DNA of 30,471 bases from a virus. Lineage: Duplodnaviria > Caudoviricetes. Position numbers and translations under genes: made by a program. The notes under the pieces were generated by a model that was not told the DNA's origin, ran no database searches, and was given only the letters and a program-made list of their open reading frames with translations. This document shows positions 1 to 8,494 of this stretch, piece after piece. The stretch lies in IMG/VR virus record IMGVR_UViG_3300025018_000415, positions 1-30,471 of that record. One strand, given 5' to 3'. How positions within the stretch are numbered: the stretch's first letter is position 1; the number at the start of each line of letters is the position of its first letter.

Positions 1-16
1 GCAAGGAAACATTTGC

Positions 17-1531
17 GTGGTAGATCCTAATATCCTGTACCGCGAGTACATGGCAGAACTACTCGCGGAAAGAGAACTGAATGACAGCCTGTTCATCCCA
101 TGGGAGCCGACCGCTATTCCGTTCTTGCAACAGCTAGAGTTCCTGCAAGACACCACTCTTACCAAGTTGGCTCGTTGCGGTAACCGTGCTGCTAAAACCT
201 TCACGAACATGAACAGCCTTCGCTACAAGTTAACAAGGAAGCACCCTTGGAACAAAAGGTGGAGGGGGAACTATGCTCAGTCAAAGCCGAAGACTTTCTG
301 GCTCGCAGGGCCAAACTTCGACTTCTTGACGGAGGTTTGTTGGAAGCAATATTTGTCGCGGCTAGTTCCGCGATGGTACTACACTGATGACAACCTCAAT
401 GAGATGCTCAGTATCGAGAAGGACAAGGATAAAGAGTACGTCACTCGCGTAAGGTTCCGAAACGGTGACACGCTGGAATTTAAGACTTACAAGCAGGCGT
501 ACCTCGCCATCATGGGTCGAGCAATTGACCACCTCACCGTCGACGAAATGCCCCCTAGTCTGTCGGTACTCGTCGAGCTTATCACCCGTTGTGGTGACAA
601 GGACGGCGAGGTGGAGCTTGGCTTCACGCCGCTCGTGGAGAACGAAGAAATCCGCGACTGGGTAGACAACCATGAGACTTTGGCAGTCCACCAGTGGGCC
701 ATTGATGACAACCCCGTCTATCGGGACAACCCCGAAAGACTTGCCCGTGTGCTCTCAGAGTGGAAGCACCTTCCAGAGCCAGAGCGCGAGGCTCGGCGCA
801 AGGGTGACTGGTACTATCAAGATGACGGGACTCTGCGGGTATTTGAAAACGTAGTCCCTCAAGTCGTGGAAGACTTCGAGATCCCGCCATGGTGGAGGCA
901 GGTTCGGATAGCCGATCCAGCGTCCCACCGGACAGGGTTCTCCATTCTGGCGGAAGATCCAGAGACTGGTACTTGGTATTGCACTACTGCCGTAGAGTTC
1001 GAGTGGAAAGGGAAACTAGCCACTGCACCGCAAATCGAGACGGAAATGGACCGTTTCAACACACTCGGGATCAAGTATTACTATTCCAAGTATGACAATG
1101 CAGAAGCGTGGTTCGGGGCCCACTCCAGCGGTGTATGGAGTGCCTGTATCCTCAAGAATAAAGAGTTACAGATACTCGCACTGCGTAAGCTGATGGTAGA
1201 TGGGACTTTGAAATTCTTCCGCATCGGCGGTGCCCTGGCAGTCAAACAGGTCATGACCTATCGAAGGCGTGAGAGTGGTACTATCATAAAAAAGAAAGAC
1301 CACGTTGTAGACACGCTGCAATATTTTGCTCGTGAGGTTCCGCCACGCCTTACGAAAGAGCAACTTAGGAGAATCATGACGAACGCCGACTGGCAGTCGG
1401 AACTGTATGAGGCTTACAAGGCGGAGAAAGCCAAGAAGACGAAGGAATCCGAAAGAGTTACAGCAATCAAGAGTAGACATTCTAGGCTTGCGGTGAGTCG
1501 AGCCAGTTTGAGAGGAAGGGGCAGAAGATGA
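17..1531 (+). CDS. terL: Terminase large subunit (504 aa)
   Basis: Adenine-binding Q motif (FLQQLEF), Walker A-like CGNRAAKT, Walker B HLTVDE, coupling motif FTP, RNase H-like nuclease acidic residues (IADPA ... KKKDHVVDTLQY). GTG start with AAGGA upstream at 3-7. Confidence 0.92.
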   Translation: MVDPNILYREYMAELLAERELNDSLFIPWEPTAIPFLQQLEFLQDTTLTKLARCGNRAAKTFTNMNSLRYKLTRKHPWNKRWRGNYAQSKPKTFWLAGPNFDFLTEVCWKQYLSRLVPRWYYTDDNLNEMLSIEKDKDKEYVTRVRFRNGDTLEFKTYKQAYLAIMGRAIDHLTVDEMPPSLSVLVELITRCGDKDGEVELGFTPLVENEEIRDWVDNHETLAVHQWAIDDNPVYRDNPERLARVLSEWKHLPEPEREARRKGDWYYQDDGTLRVFENVVPQVVEDFEIPPWWRQVRIADPASHRTGFSILAEDPETGTWYCTTAVEFEWKGKLATAPQIETEMDRFNTLGIKYYYSKYDNAEAWFGAHSSGVWSACILKNKELQILALRKLMVDGTLKFFRIGGALAVKQVMTYRRRESGTIIKKKDHVVDTLQYFAREVPPRLTKEQLRRIMTNADWQSELYEAYKAEKAKKTKESERVTAIKSRHSRLAVSRASLRGRGRR

Positions 1532-1884
1532 GTATGGAGTCCGTTGTGGCTATTCAATTTGTTACACTGGGCCTAGTTGCTGTGATATCAGTATTCTGTG
1601 TAGCGGCGTATAGGATATCGGCGAACCGCATAGCCTTACTGGAGAGCAGGAGAAAATCTGACTCCTACACTACAGATAGCACACATAGGCTAGTGCAAGG
1701 TGTTCTCACAGACTACCAGAGCATCCTTGCCGCAATAGATATGGGGAAGGCGTCTGACGCTGACCACGACAGGAGACTGAAGTACATAGAGGACTTCGTC
1801 ATGCAGGTAAAAGAGAACGCAAAAAAGTTGCGCGAGACCCAAGCAGAACACGCAAGGCAGATCCAATCCAGAATTGCGAGGTAG
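1528..1884 (+). CDS. Hypothetical protein, N-terminal transmembrane helix plus predicted coiled coil (118 aa)
   Basis: ATGA overlap with the terL stop; hydrophobic run VVAIQFVTLGLVAVISVFCVAAY followed by a charged helical C-terminal part; fills the gap between terL and portal. Confidence 0.75.
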   Translation: MSMESVVAIQFVTLGLVAVISVFCVAAYRISANRIALLESRRKSDSYTTDSTHRLVQGVLTDYQSILAAIDMGKASDADHDRRLKYIEDFVMQVKENAKKLRETQAEHARQIQSRIAR

Positions 1885-1890
1885 CCGAAC

Positions 1891-3972
1891 ATGGCAATGT
1901 TCACCCCGACGTCTTTTGACGACCACCAAGACTTCCTGTCCGACTTCTTGCAACAGGGCAAGATAAAGTTGGCCAGGATGAAGCTCGAATGGGACATATG
2001 CCGCGACCTTTACCAAGGAATCGCCACCAAGCCACAGGCCGGTGTCGATACCTCCTTGGTGACTGCATTGTTGCAGACAGGAGCGGTGACGACGAATCAG
2101 GATATCCCCATCGACTCCCTCAAGCTCGTTACGATGATGCTATTTTTACAGTCCAAGCTAACCTTGTCTGAGCCGAGTGCAGTCGTAAAAGCCTACACCT
2201 CAGATGAGTCCGACCACAATGCCGCTCGGTATGGGCAGAAGGTGGTCGAGCACATCAAGGTTGCCACCACCCTGAAGTCAGAGGTGGAGAAGGACTTCAA
2301 CCTAAACTGTGCTAGTCTTGGAGAGGCTATCCTCTACACTGGGTGGAACCCAGACGGGGGCAAGAGCGCCCTGGACCTTCCCGAGGATTTCGATCCACTC
2401 CGTGACGAATTTACCATGGAAGGAGACTACGAATATCGTAGTGTTTCCCCTTACAATTTCATCATGGACCCGAACTGCACCAACTTTCATCACAACGCGG
2501 AGAATTGTGCGGAGTTGCGTAGGATTCCTCTGAATCAGATAGTCTACAAGATGCAGCGTCGGTACAAGGACGACCCAGAAAAGCTCCAGCAGATGTTGGA
2601 GTTCTTGGAGAACTTCGCGAAGGAGTGCACCAACCGCGAGTTCGCCGGGAAGATGATGGACGTCTCGAAGATGCAAATCAAAAAGGGTAAGGAAGTCTTG
2701 CTCTGGGAATATTGGGAGAGGGCAGAGCCATGGAATGGTCTCCTTGGGCGATACTCCCTGTTCGCAGACGTAGGTGACAATGCAAAGGCCAAGTTGCTCT
2801 TCACTGAGGACCACCCATTCAAGCATCGACAGCTACCCTTCGCAGTCTTGACAGACATGGATGTGGCAGAGGACCCACATGGCCTCAGTCGTGCTGTGTT
2901 GGCTATGGCCTGTAACGACGCTATCTCGCAACTCTACACTCAGGTCATGGCGAACGTCGAGTTGCATGGGTCTATTCGGCTCCTCGTGCCTGAAGGGTCG
3001 ATGTCGAACGAGTATTTGTCTGACGCGCCCTACAAACCCATCAACTACAATGCAGCTTTGGGCGATAAGCCGTCCTATCTCGCCCCTGCATCGGTCACGA
3101 ACGACATTTGGCGACTCCATTCGCTGTTGGAAAAGGAGATCGACGCTCTTTATGGTGCGAACGAGTTCAGTCGCGGGGAAATACCACGCGAATTGTCGAG
3201 CTACGCCGTATCCCAAGCGGTGGAGCGCGACGATCAGTTCAGAATCCGCATTTTCAACAAGAAAAAGGAAGTTTTCAAGCGGATATTCGAGCAAAGTATC
3301 GAGTTGACGAAGCAATATGTCACAGAAAAGCGGGCTTTCCTCATTTCTGGGGATGAGATGTCCTATGCGATGGAATCTTTCGCCGGTTCTGACATCATGG
3401 GCAACACAGGAGTCTTTGTTTCGTATGGTCTCTACCAGCCAGCAGACCCACACGCACAAAAACAGCAGATCCTTGAGTTGGTGAAGACGGGAATCTTCGA
3501 GAAGGCGGGAGGCAACTATCAAAAACTTGTCGGTACCCTTCTTGATGGAGATATGTTGGATATCCGAGACATGTTCGAGCAGTCAAAGATGATCCAGAAG
3601 CAAGAGATTGTCCGTATGATCAACGGAGAGAAAGCGCCTGTTCAGCCATGGCATGAGCACTTTGCCCACTACGATGAGATCGTGCGCTACATGCAAAAAA
3701 TGCAGTTTGAGAGGCTTGACGAGGAGACCCAAAAGGCAATTTTCGCCCACAGCGAGGAACATAAAAAGGCAATCGCTGAACTCCAAGCAGCAGCCAATAA
3801 GCCGCTTCAGGGAGTCCCACAGGCAGGGGGAGCAGGGGAGAAGCCAGGAGTGGCCCCGGCACCGCCCCCGGCACAGCTAGGACCAAGCCAAGAGGCGGGC
3901 GGGGGAATCCCACAAGGGGCCGCGCCCGCAGGACCAGCAGTAGGGATCACAGGCCAAAAGCCACTGGCGTAA
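1891..3972 (+). CDS. Portal protein (693 aa)
   Basis: Position after terL; size typical of P22-like portals; motifs VSPYNFIMDP, EDHPFKHRQLPF, DPHGLSR, GANEFSRGE; Pro/Gly/Gln-rich C-terminal tail; SD GAGGT at 1878-1882. Confidence 0.88.
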   Translation: MAMFTPTSFDDHQDFLSDFLQQGKIKLARMKLEWDICRDLYQGIATKPQAGVDTSLVTALLQTGAVTTNQDIPIDSLKLVTMMLFLQSKLTLSEPSAVVKAYTSDESDHNAARYGQKVVEHIKVATTLKSEVEKDFNLNCASLGEAILYTGWNPDGGKSALDLPEDFDPLRDEFTMEGDYEYRSVSPYNFIMDPNCTNFHHNAENCAELRRIPLNQIVYKMQRRYKDDPEKLQQMLEFLENFAKECTNREFAGKMMDVSKMQIKKGKEVLLWEYWERAEPWNGLLGRYSLFADVGDNAKAKLLFTEDHPFKHRQLPFAVLTDMDVAEDPHGLSRAVLAMACNDAISQLYTQVMANVELHGSIRLLVPEGSMSNEYLSDAPYKPINYNAALGDKPSYLAPASVTNDIWRLHSLLEKEIDALYGANEFSRGEIPRELSSYAVSQAVERDDQFRIRIFNKKKEVFKRIFEQSIELTKQYVTEKRAFLISGDEMSYAMESFAGSDIMGNTGVFVSYGLYQPADPHAQKQQILELVKTGIFEKAGGNYQKLVGTLLDGDMLDIRDMFEQSKMIQKQEIVRMINGEKAPVQPWHEHFAHYDEIVRYMQKMQFERLDEETQKAIFAHSEEHKKAIAELQAAANKPLQGVPQAGGAGEKPGVAPAPPPAQLGPSQEAGGGIPQGAAPAGPAVGITGQKPLA

Positions 3973-3995
3973 CCGTTAACTGAAGGAGTTATCAT

Positions 3996-5177
3996 ATGCG
4001 TTTCGGAATTTCGCGATTTGCTCTGAACGATGCTACCCCCGCGGCTGGGGTTCCGGCCTCCACATCCACCTCTGTGCAAGATAGCTCGGGAGGGAGTGAC
4101 GGAAATTTGACGATGGACTCGGTTGATGGGATTTTCGACCAAGTCGCAAACCACTTCCAGGCGAAGTGGGACGACCCAAAAGACAAAACGAATAACGAAG
4201 ACGGGGCTAGTGACGAGGATTTCTTTGGGGACGGAGAAACCAAGGAAACTGACGAGGGGACTCCCGAAAAGGGGACCGAGAAACCTGGGGAGGAAAAGCC
4301 ACCCCGAACGGATGACGAGACCTCTTTCAAACCCTACACTTTCAAAGCCACCATTGATGGTAAAGAGGTAGAAAAAACCTTCAAATCTGCCGAGGAGCTT
4401 AACGGCGCGTTGGCTAAAGCGGAGATTGCCCCTCGTCTGTGGCAAGAATCAAAGCGCCTGCGAAGCGAGATGGAGACCCTTAAGCCAGATGCAGAGTTTG
4501 CCCAGGATCTCATCGAAACCGCAAAGCAAGAGCCATTGGAGTTTTTGAAGCTCATCGAGTCTGATTTCATTTCGCCAGAGGTACTGTCTGGCTGGGTTTA
4601 CGACAAGTACCATGAGTTTGCCAAAGTCGCCAACATGAGCCCAGAACAGCAAGCAGCTTGGGCCATGCAGAAAGAGGCAGAGAAAATCATCGAGGAGAAC
4701 AGATATCGTCGGCAACTCGACGCAGAAGCCCAGCGCGAACAACAGCAGAGGCAGGAGCAGGAAGAGTCCCGTCAATTTCACTCGTGGGCCAGCAAGGAAC
4801 AGACTCGCTGGAAGAAAGACATTCCGTCCGAGTACCACGGCAATGTTGATATGGCAATGAAAACTGTAGTAGCATATGCTAGAAGACAGCTTGATGTAGG
4901 AGAGCAAGTCTCGTTCAAGAGGATGACAGGGATGGTGAAGACCCTTCTGGAGCCTTACAAACGTAGCATGAGTCCCGCCCAACGCGAGCGGGAGGTTGCG
5001 GATGCAGTGCGTCGGAAGAAGGAACAGGCCACCTCCTCAGTGCAACGAGCAGTCAGAGGCGCGTCGTCCCATCGGAATGACGCAAACCCCGGCAGGATGG
5101 CATACACCGCAGAGGATATCTTTGACGGGGCCATTGCCGGACTTAAATCTGGTCGTAATAAGTGGAGAGATGAATAA
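3996..5177 (+). CDS. Capsid scaffolding protein (393 aa)
   Basis: Lies between portal and capsid; acidic low-complexity N-terminus, ATIDGKEVE beta-hairpin motif, long Q/E/R-rich coiled coil, short C-terminal helix (TAEDIFDGAIAGLK); SD AAGGAG at 3983-3988. Confidence 0.8.
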   Translation: MRFGISRFALNDATPAAGVPASTSTSVQDSSGGSDGNLTMDSVDGIFDQVANHFQAKWDDPKDKTNNEDGASDEDFFGDGETKETDEGTPEKGTEKPGEEKPPRTDDETSFKPYTFKATIDGKEVEKTFKSAEELNGALAKAEIAPRLWQESKRLRSEMETLKPDAEFAQDLIETAKQEPLEFLKLIESDFISPEVLSGWVYDKYHEFAKVANMSPEQQAAWAMQKEAEKIIEENRYRRQLDAEAQREQQQRQEQEESRQFHSWASKEQTRWKKDIPSEYHGNVDMAMKTVVAYARRQLDVGEQVSFKRMTGMVKTLLEPYKRSMSPAQREREVADAVRRKKEQATSSVQRAVRGASSHRNDANPGRMAYTAEDIFDGAIAGLKSGRNKWRDE

Positions 5178-6838
5178 TGACGACACCAGCAGTACCTTTG
5201 TCAGTGTTGTTCCCGCGAGACGCGGGATTCAACCTGCAAGAGCTTCTGAAGATCATCCAAAAATCTGGCATCTCGGTCCTGTGGGCCAAGGTGGAAGATG
5301 CGTTTCAGCACATCATTGACCATGAGCGAAACGTGAAATGGGGACAGGAACAAAGATATGCCTTGACGGTCGACCCAGGCGGCGGTGCAATGACCCGGTT
5401 GGCACAGCAGGGCGGCGTGTTCGCTCCTGGCGACCGGACGAAGAACATCCTCGGTGTTCTGTCACCTAAATACCAATCGATCACGTACCAGTTCGAGCGG
5501 TTCCACGACCGAATCTCGAAGGACGACGTGGCTGCGTACATCAACAGCCAGAAGCAAGAGTACACCCAGAAAAACGATTTCCAAAAATCGTTCATGATTC
5601 TTCAGATGCACGCGGATGGGACGGGGCGACAGGCTACTCCTATCGGTCTGGGTGACACTGACGAAGCGGCAGCCGCCAGCTTCACCCTGACTGACAACAG
5701 CACTCCGATGAAGGTTAAGGTCTCGGGCCTTAACTCCAATCCTGGGTCTGTGTCGTATTTGATGGAAGGCTCAGTCATCTCCCTCATGTACATCGACCTC
5801 GATGCAAACAATGACGGAACCAATGACACTGTGCCTACCAATGCTGGTGCGTTCCCTCGCCTGCTGTCCCTTCTGTTCACGGATACTGCTGCGGCTACTG
5901 CGCAGTACGATGCCTTCCGCGTTGTGGAAGTCGACATCGAGAATGATGCAGTCCTCGTGATGCCTGCCCGTGAGTACACCGCGACGTTGGCCACCAAGGG
6001 TGACTACGTCCAGGTGAATGAGTGGGTAGAGAATGGCGCAGCCGGTGTCGTCACGGTCACCCCTGTCAAGGGAATTCGTTGCGATTATCCGTCTGTCGAC
6101 GCGGGTCACGGTGTGGCTCTCGGCAACTTCGCCCAGGTATTCGTGGCCGGTGCAGCCGGAACCTACATCTCCCTCGTGCATCCGTTGTACATCAACAACA
6201 CTCAGGCATCTGCCAAGACTCAGCTTGGCCTCGGCTGGACTTCCGCCACCGAGATTTCTGCCATCAGTGATGGTGTGCTGACTGGACTTGAGACGCTTCT
6301 CACTGACCGTACTCACACGGTCCATGGAATCGCTCGCGGGGCCATTCGCCAGTACCTCCCGACCCACAAAGACGGGCATATGAATGACCTGTCGTACAAC
6401 ATGATCTACAGCGCAATCGCGCAGCATGTGAACCGCAATCGTGGCACACTGCCTGAGTGGAGCATCCTTGGCATGAACCCAGTTCCGTACTCCTCCATGG
6501 TCTCGGCGTCTGAGAATGACCGCCGAATCACCGAGGGAACTGGTATCCGTGGTGAGAAGGGGGCCAAGTACATCGAGGTGTTTGGCAAGAAGTTCCAGCT
6601 TGAATCTAGCTCTGTCCAGAAGAAGGGCTTGATTTACTGCGTGGCTGACAAGGCTGTGAAGCTGAAGGACGGCGAGCTTTCCGATATCACGGTGAGCGGC
6701 CAGAATCAGTTCCTCACCATCCGTGACGGGAACCGCGTCAATGTTATCGAAGCCTACGGCGAAGTCGTGGGTGAGATGGCGGTTGAGGGTGTTCGTCGGT
6801 GCATGTACATAGATAACTTTAAGTACTCGACCTTCTGA
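5177..6838 (+). CDS. Major capsid protein, HK97 fold with a large insertion (553 aa)
   Basis: TAATG coupling to the scaffold gene; capsid-like motifs ADGTG ... LTGLETLL ... TVHGIAR, and terminal EMAVEGVRRCMYIDNF; strongly biased, high-expression-like codon usage. Confidence 0.85.
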   Translation: MTTPAVPLSVLFPRDAGFNLQELLKIIQKSGISVLWAKVEDAFQHIIDHERNVKWGQEQRYALTVDPGGGAMTRLAQQGGVFAPGDRTKNILGVLSPKYQSITYQFERFHDRISKDDVAAYINSQKQEYTQKNDFQKSFMILQMHADGTGRQATPIGLGDTDEAAAASFTLTDNSTPMKVKVSGLNSNPGSVSYLMEGSVISLMYIDLDANNDGTNDTVPTNAGAFPRLLSLLFTDTAAATAQYDAFRVVEVDIENDAVLVMPAREYTATLATKGDYVQVNEWVENGAAGVVTVTPVKGIRCDYPSVDAGHGVALGNFAQVFVAGAAGTYISLVHPLYINNTQASAKTQLGLGWTSATEISAISDGVLTGLETLLTDRTHTVHGIARGAIRQYLPTHKDGHMNDLSYNMIYSAIAQHVNRNRGTLPEWSILGMNPVPYSSMVSASENDRRITEGTGIRGEKGAKYIEVFGKKFQLESSSVQKKGLIYCVADKAVKLKDGELSDITVSGQNQFLTIRDGNRVNVIEAYGEVVGEMAVEGVRRCMYIDNFKYSTF

Positions 6839-6840
6839 AC

Positions 6841-6864
6841 ATCCGAGTGGGTAATCACTAGGAT
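6841..6864 (+). other. Stem-loop immediately after the capsid stop codon
   Basis: ATCCGAGTG-GGTAAT-CACTAGGAT, 8 of 9 positions paired, followed by ATTTGACTTCT (no clean U tract). Could be an mRNA-stabilising hairpin or a weak terminator. Confidence 0.5.
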
Positions 6865-6866
6865 AT

Positions 6867-6895
6867 TTGACTTCTGCTTCCACTGGGGCTACGGT
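6867..6895 (+). promoter_or_regulatory. Putative sigma70-type promoter for HNH gene 1
   Basis: TTGACT (6867-6872), 17-bp spacer, TACGGT (6890-6895), which keeps the T-A----T positions of TATAAT. Predicted start site about 6901-6903. Confidence 0.5.
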
Positions 6896-6906
6896 CCTGG
6901 TGGAGG
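6877..6906 (+). promoter_or_regulatory. RBS-sequestering RNA hairpin with a UNCG tetraloop
   Basis: CTTCCACTGGGGC-TACG-GTCCTGGTGGAGG forms 13 contiguous pairs (4 G-U) closed by c(UACG)g; the 3' arm contains the SD GGAGG (6902-6906) of the ATG at 6915. Confidence 0.8.
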
Positions 6907-6914
6907 TGAGAAAG

Positions 6915-7571
6915 ATGAGTCAGGTAGATCAGATGATTGGTAAGCGATACGGTAGGTTAACGGTGATAAAAGCGGCCGCCCCGAAGGGGCGGCAGCAACG
7001 TTGCCACTATCGCTGTGACTGCGGGACTGTTGGGGAGACTTACATCTCGAACATTCTCAGGGGTAACTCTAAAAGTTGTGGGTGTTTAAAGAGGGAGGTA
7101 ACCGCCCAGCGTAACCGTGACACCAAGAAAACCCATGGCAAAACGGGCTCGCCAGAGCATGGAAGCTGGGGGTGCATGTGGCATAGGGTCAGGCATGCTG
7201 ACCCCAGTCATCCTTTGCTGAGGTACTATGTTGGGGTAACCGTTTGCAAGGAATGGGAGTCCTTTGAAAGGTTTCTGGCCGATATGGGGCCACGTCCGAA
7301 GGGCGGGACCCTGGATAGGATAGATAGCTCTAAGGGATACTGCAAGGAAAACTGCCGATGGGCGACCAAAAAGCAGCAAGCCGAGAATAGGAAATCCACG
7401 ATAGTCGTAGACTACTTTGGGGAGGAGACGTCCTTGGCTGAAGCATGTAGGCGACTAGAGATTCCCTACGGAACTGTGCGTATGCGGATACGAAGGGGCA
7501 GGACACCTCTCCAAGCATTGGTCATGGGGGGAAAGACTGACACCGATTGGGATTTCTCAGACATAGAGTAA
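6915..7571 (+). CDS. Free-standing HNH-family (homing-endonuclease-like) protein 1 (218 aa)
   Basis: N-terminal GKRYGRLTV ... CDCG ... SKSCGC Cys domain; THG ... W..M; core VCKEW..FERFLADMGPRP ... TLDRIDSSKGYCKENCRWAT; one C-terminal HTH-like module. Start moved from the track's TTG 6867 to ATG 6915 because of the SD GGAGGTGA. Confidence 0.85.
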   Translation: MSQVDQMIGKRYGRLTVIKAAAPKGRQQRCHYRCDCGTVGETYISNILRGNSKSCGCLKREVTAQRNRDTKKTHGKTGSPEHGSWGCMWHRVRHADPSHPLLRYYVGVTVCKEWESFERFLADMGPRPKGGTLDRIDSSKGYCKENCRWATKKQQAENRKSTIVVDYFGEETSLAEACRRLEIPYGTVRMRIRRGRTPLQALVMGGKTDTDWDFSDIE

Positions 7572-7574
7572 CAT

Positions 7575-7599
7575 GCCCGTCAAATGAGACGGGCTTTTT
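7575..7599 (+). terminator. Rho-independent terminator
   Basis: GCCCGTC-AAATGA-GACGGGC perfect 7-bp stem followed by TTTTT, 3 nt after the HNH1 stop; immediately followed by the SD (AGGAG) of the next gene. Confidence 0.82.
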
Positions 7600-7611
7600 A
7601 GGAGATCGGAT

Positions 7612-8490
7612 ATGATCCCAGCTACTTTGAAACTGACGAAGAACCACGCTGAAACTTGGGACCGCCACTGGACACCAGGGACCATGGGACCGGCCACTCC
7701 CGGACGTGCATTTATTGCGGGGCTCTCCGGTCTCGCAATCGACTTCATGAACGAGAAACTGTGGCCAGAGGACATCTCGGGCGGTGCGCTCTTGATGTTG
7801 GAGGATATCCCCGCGTCTCTCGCTCTCTCGCTCGCGGCTCCTCTGAAATACTTCTTCCCCGCCCACTCCCTCGTGCTGAAAGCTGGTTCCACGGGAATCG
7901 GTGGCGTTGCCGCTACGACAGGGGTTATCCCGTACTCCGCCCTTCAGCCACGGGTGCGAGGAATCCTGAACATTGCCTTGGGCGACGTGGACGCTGAGTC
8001 CTGCGTCTCGCTGTCCAGCCATGGCCTGAACTGGCTTCGCATGCAGGCCCTCCAGTCCTGGGAAGTCACCTTCAACCTTTGCTACATTGTCAATCCTGAC
8101 ATCACCGCTGCAAATGGTGGCGCTCAGTTTGGCGTTGGTAGCACCGACACCGACGACGATCCGGCCAACCCACTGGCCACCCGCTTTTGTGCGTTCCGCA
8201 TTGCGGCCAACCGGATCTTCCTCGACGATGAGACTACCACGGGCATCGCACAGGAAACGATTCCTGAAGGCCCAACCTCCCTGACTCTTCAGTATGACGC
8301 TGGGCGGCATGCCATCAACGCCTATATCAACGGGCGATACCTTGGCCGTTCCATCTGTAACGCTGCGTTCACCGCTGCGGGAATTGCCTGCCGAGTGTAC
8401 CACACTGCGGCGTACACCGCCCTGGGTGCCGCTCCTCTTTCCGTCGGTGTCGACTCCATCGTGGCCATCAACCCTCCAACGTTCGGGTGA
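7612..8490 (+). CDS. Probable virion structural protein (capsid decoration or accessory; beta-sandwich, lectin-like C-terminal half; 292 aa)
   Basis: SD AGGAG at 7600-7604; Gly/Ala/Thr-rich; motif TSLTLQYDAGRHAINAYINGRYLG resembles concanavalin A/laminin-G-type strands; codon usage resembles the capsid gene. Function inferred from position. Confidence 0.6.
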   Translation: MIPATLKLTKNHAETWDRHWTPGTMGPATPGRAFIAGLSGLAIDFMNEKLWPEDISGGALLMLEDIPASLALSLAAPLKYFFPAHSLVLKAGSTGIGGVAATTGVIPYSALQPRVRGILNIALGDVDAESCVSLSSHGLNWLRMQALQSWEVTFNLCYIVNPDITAANGGAQFGVGSTDTDDDPANPLATRFCAFRIAANRIFLDDETTTGIAQETIPEGPTSLTLQYDAGRHAINAYINGRYLGRSICNAAFTAAGIACRVYHTAAYTALGAAPLSVGVDSIVAINPPTFG

Positions 8491-8494
8491 GTAA

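Noticed and set aside
3800-3970. G/C-run-rich stretch at the portal 3' end as a G-quadruplex or repeat element
   Set aside because: Explained by the Gly/Pro/Ala low-complexity tail commonly found on portals.
6805-6870. T7 gp10B-style programmed frameshift at the capsid C-terminus
   Set aside because: No canonical X XXY YYZ slippery heptamer was found near the capsid stop.
5771-6883. 370-aa minus-strand ORF opposite the capsid gene
   Set aside because: Antisense shadow of a codon-biased gene; no recognisable motif.
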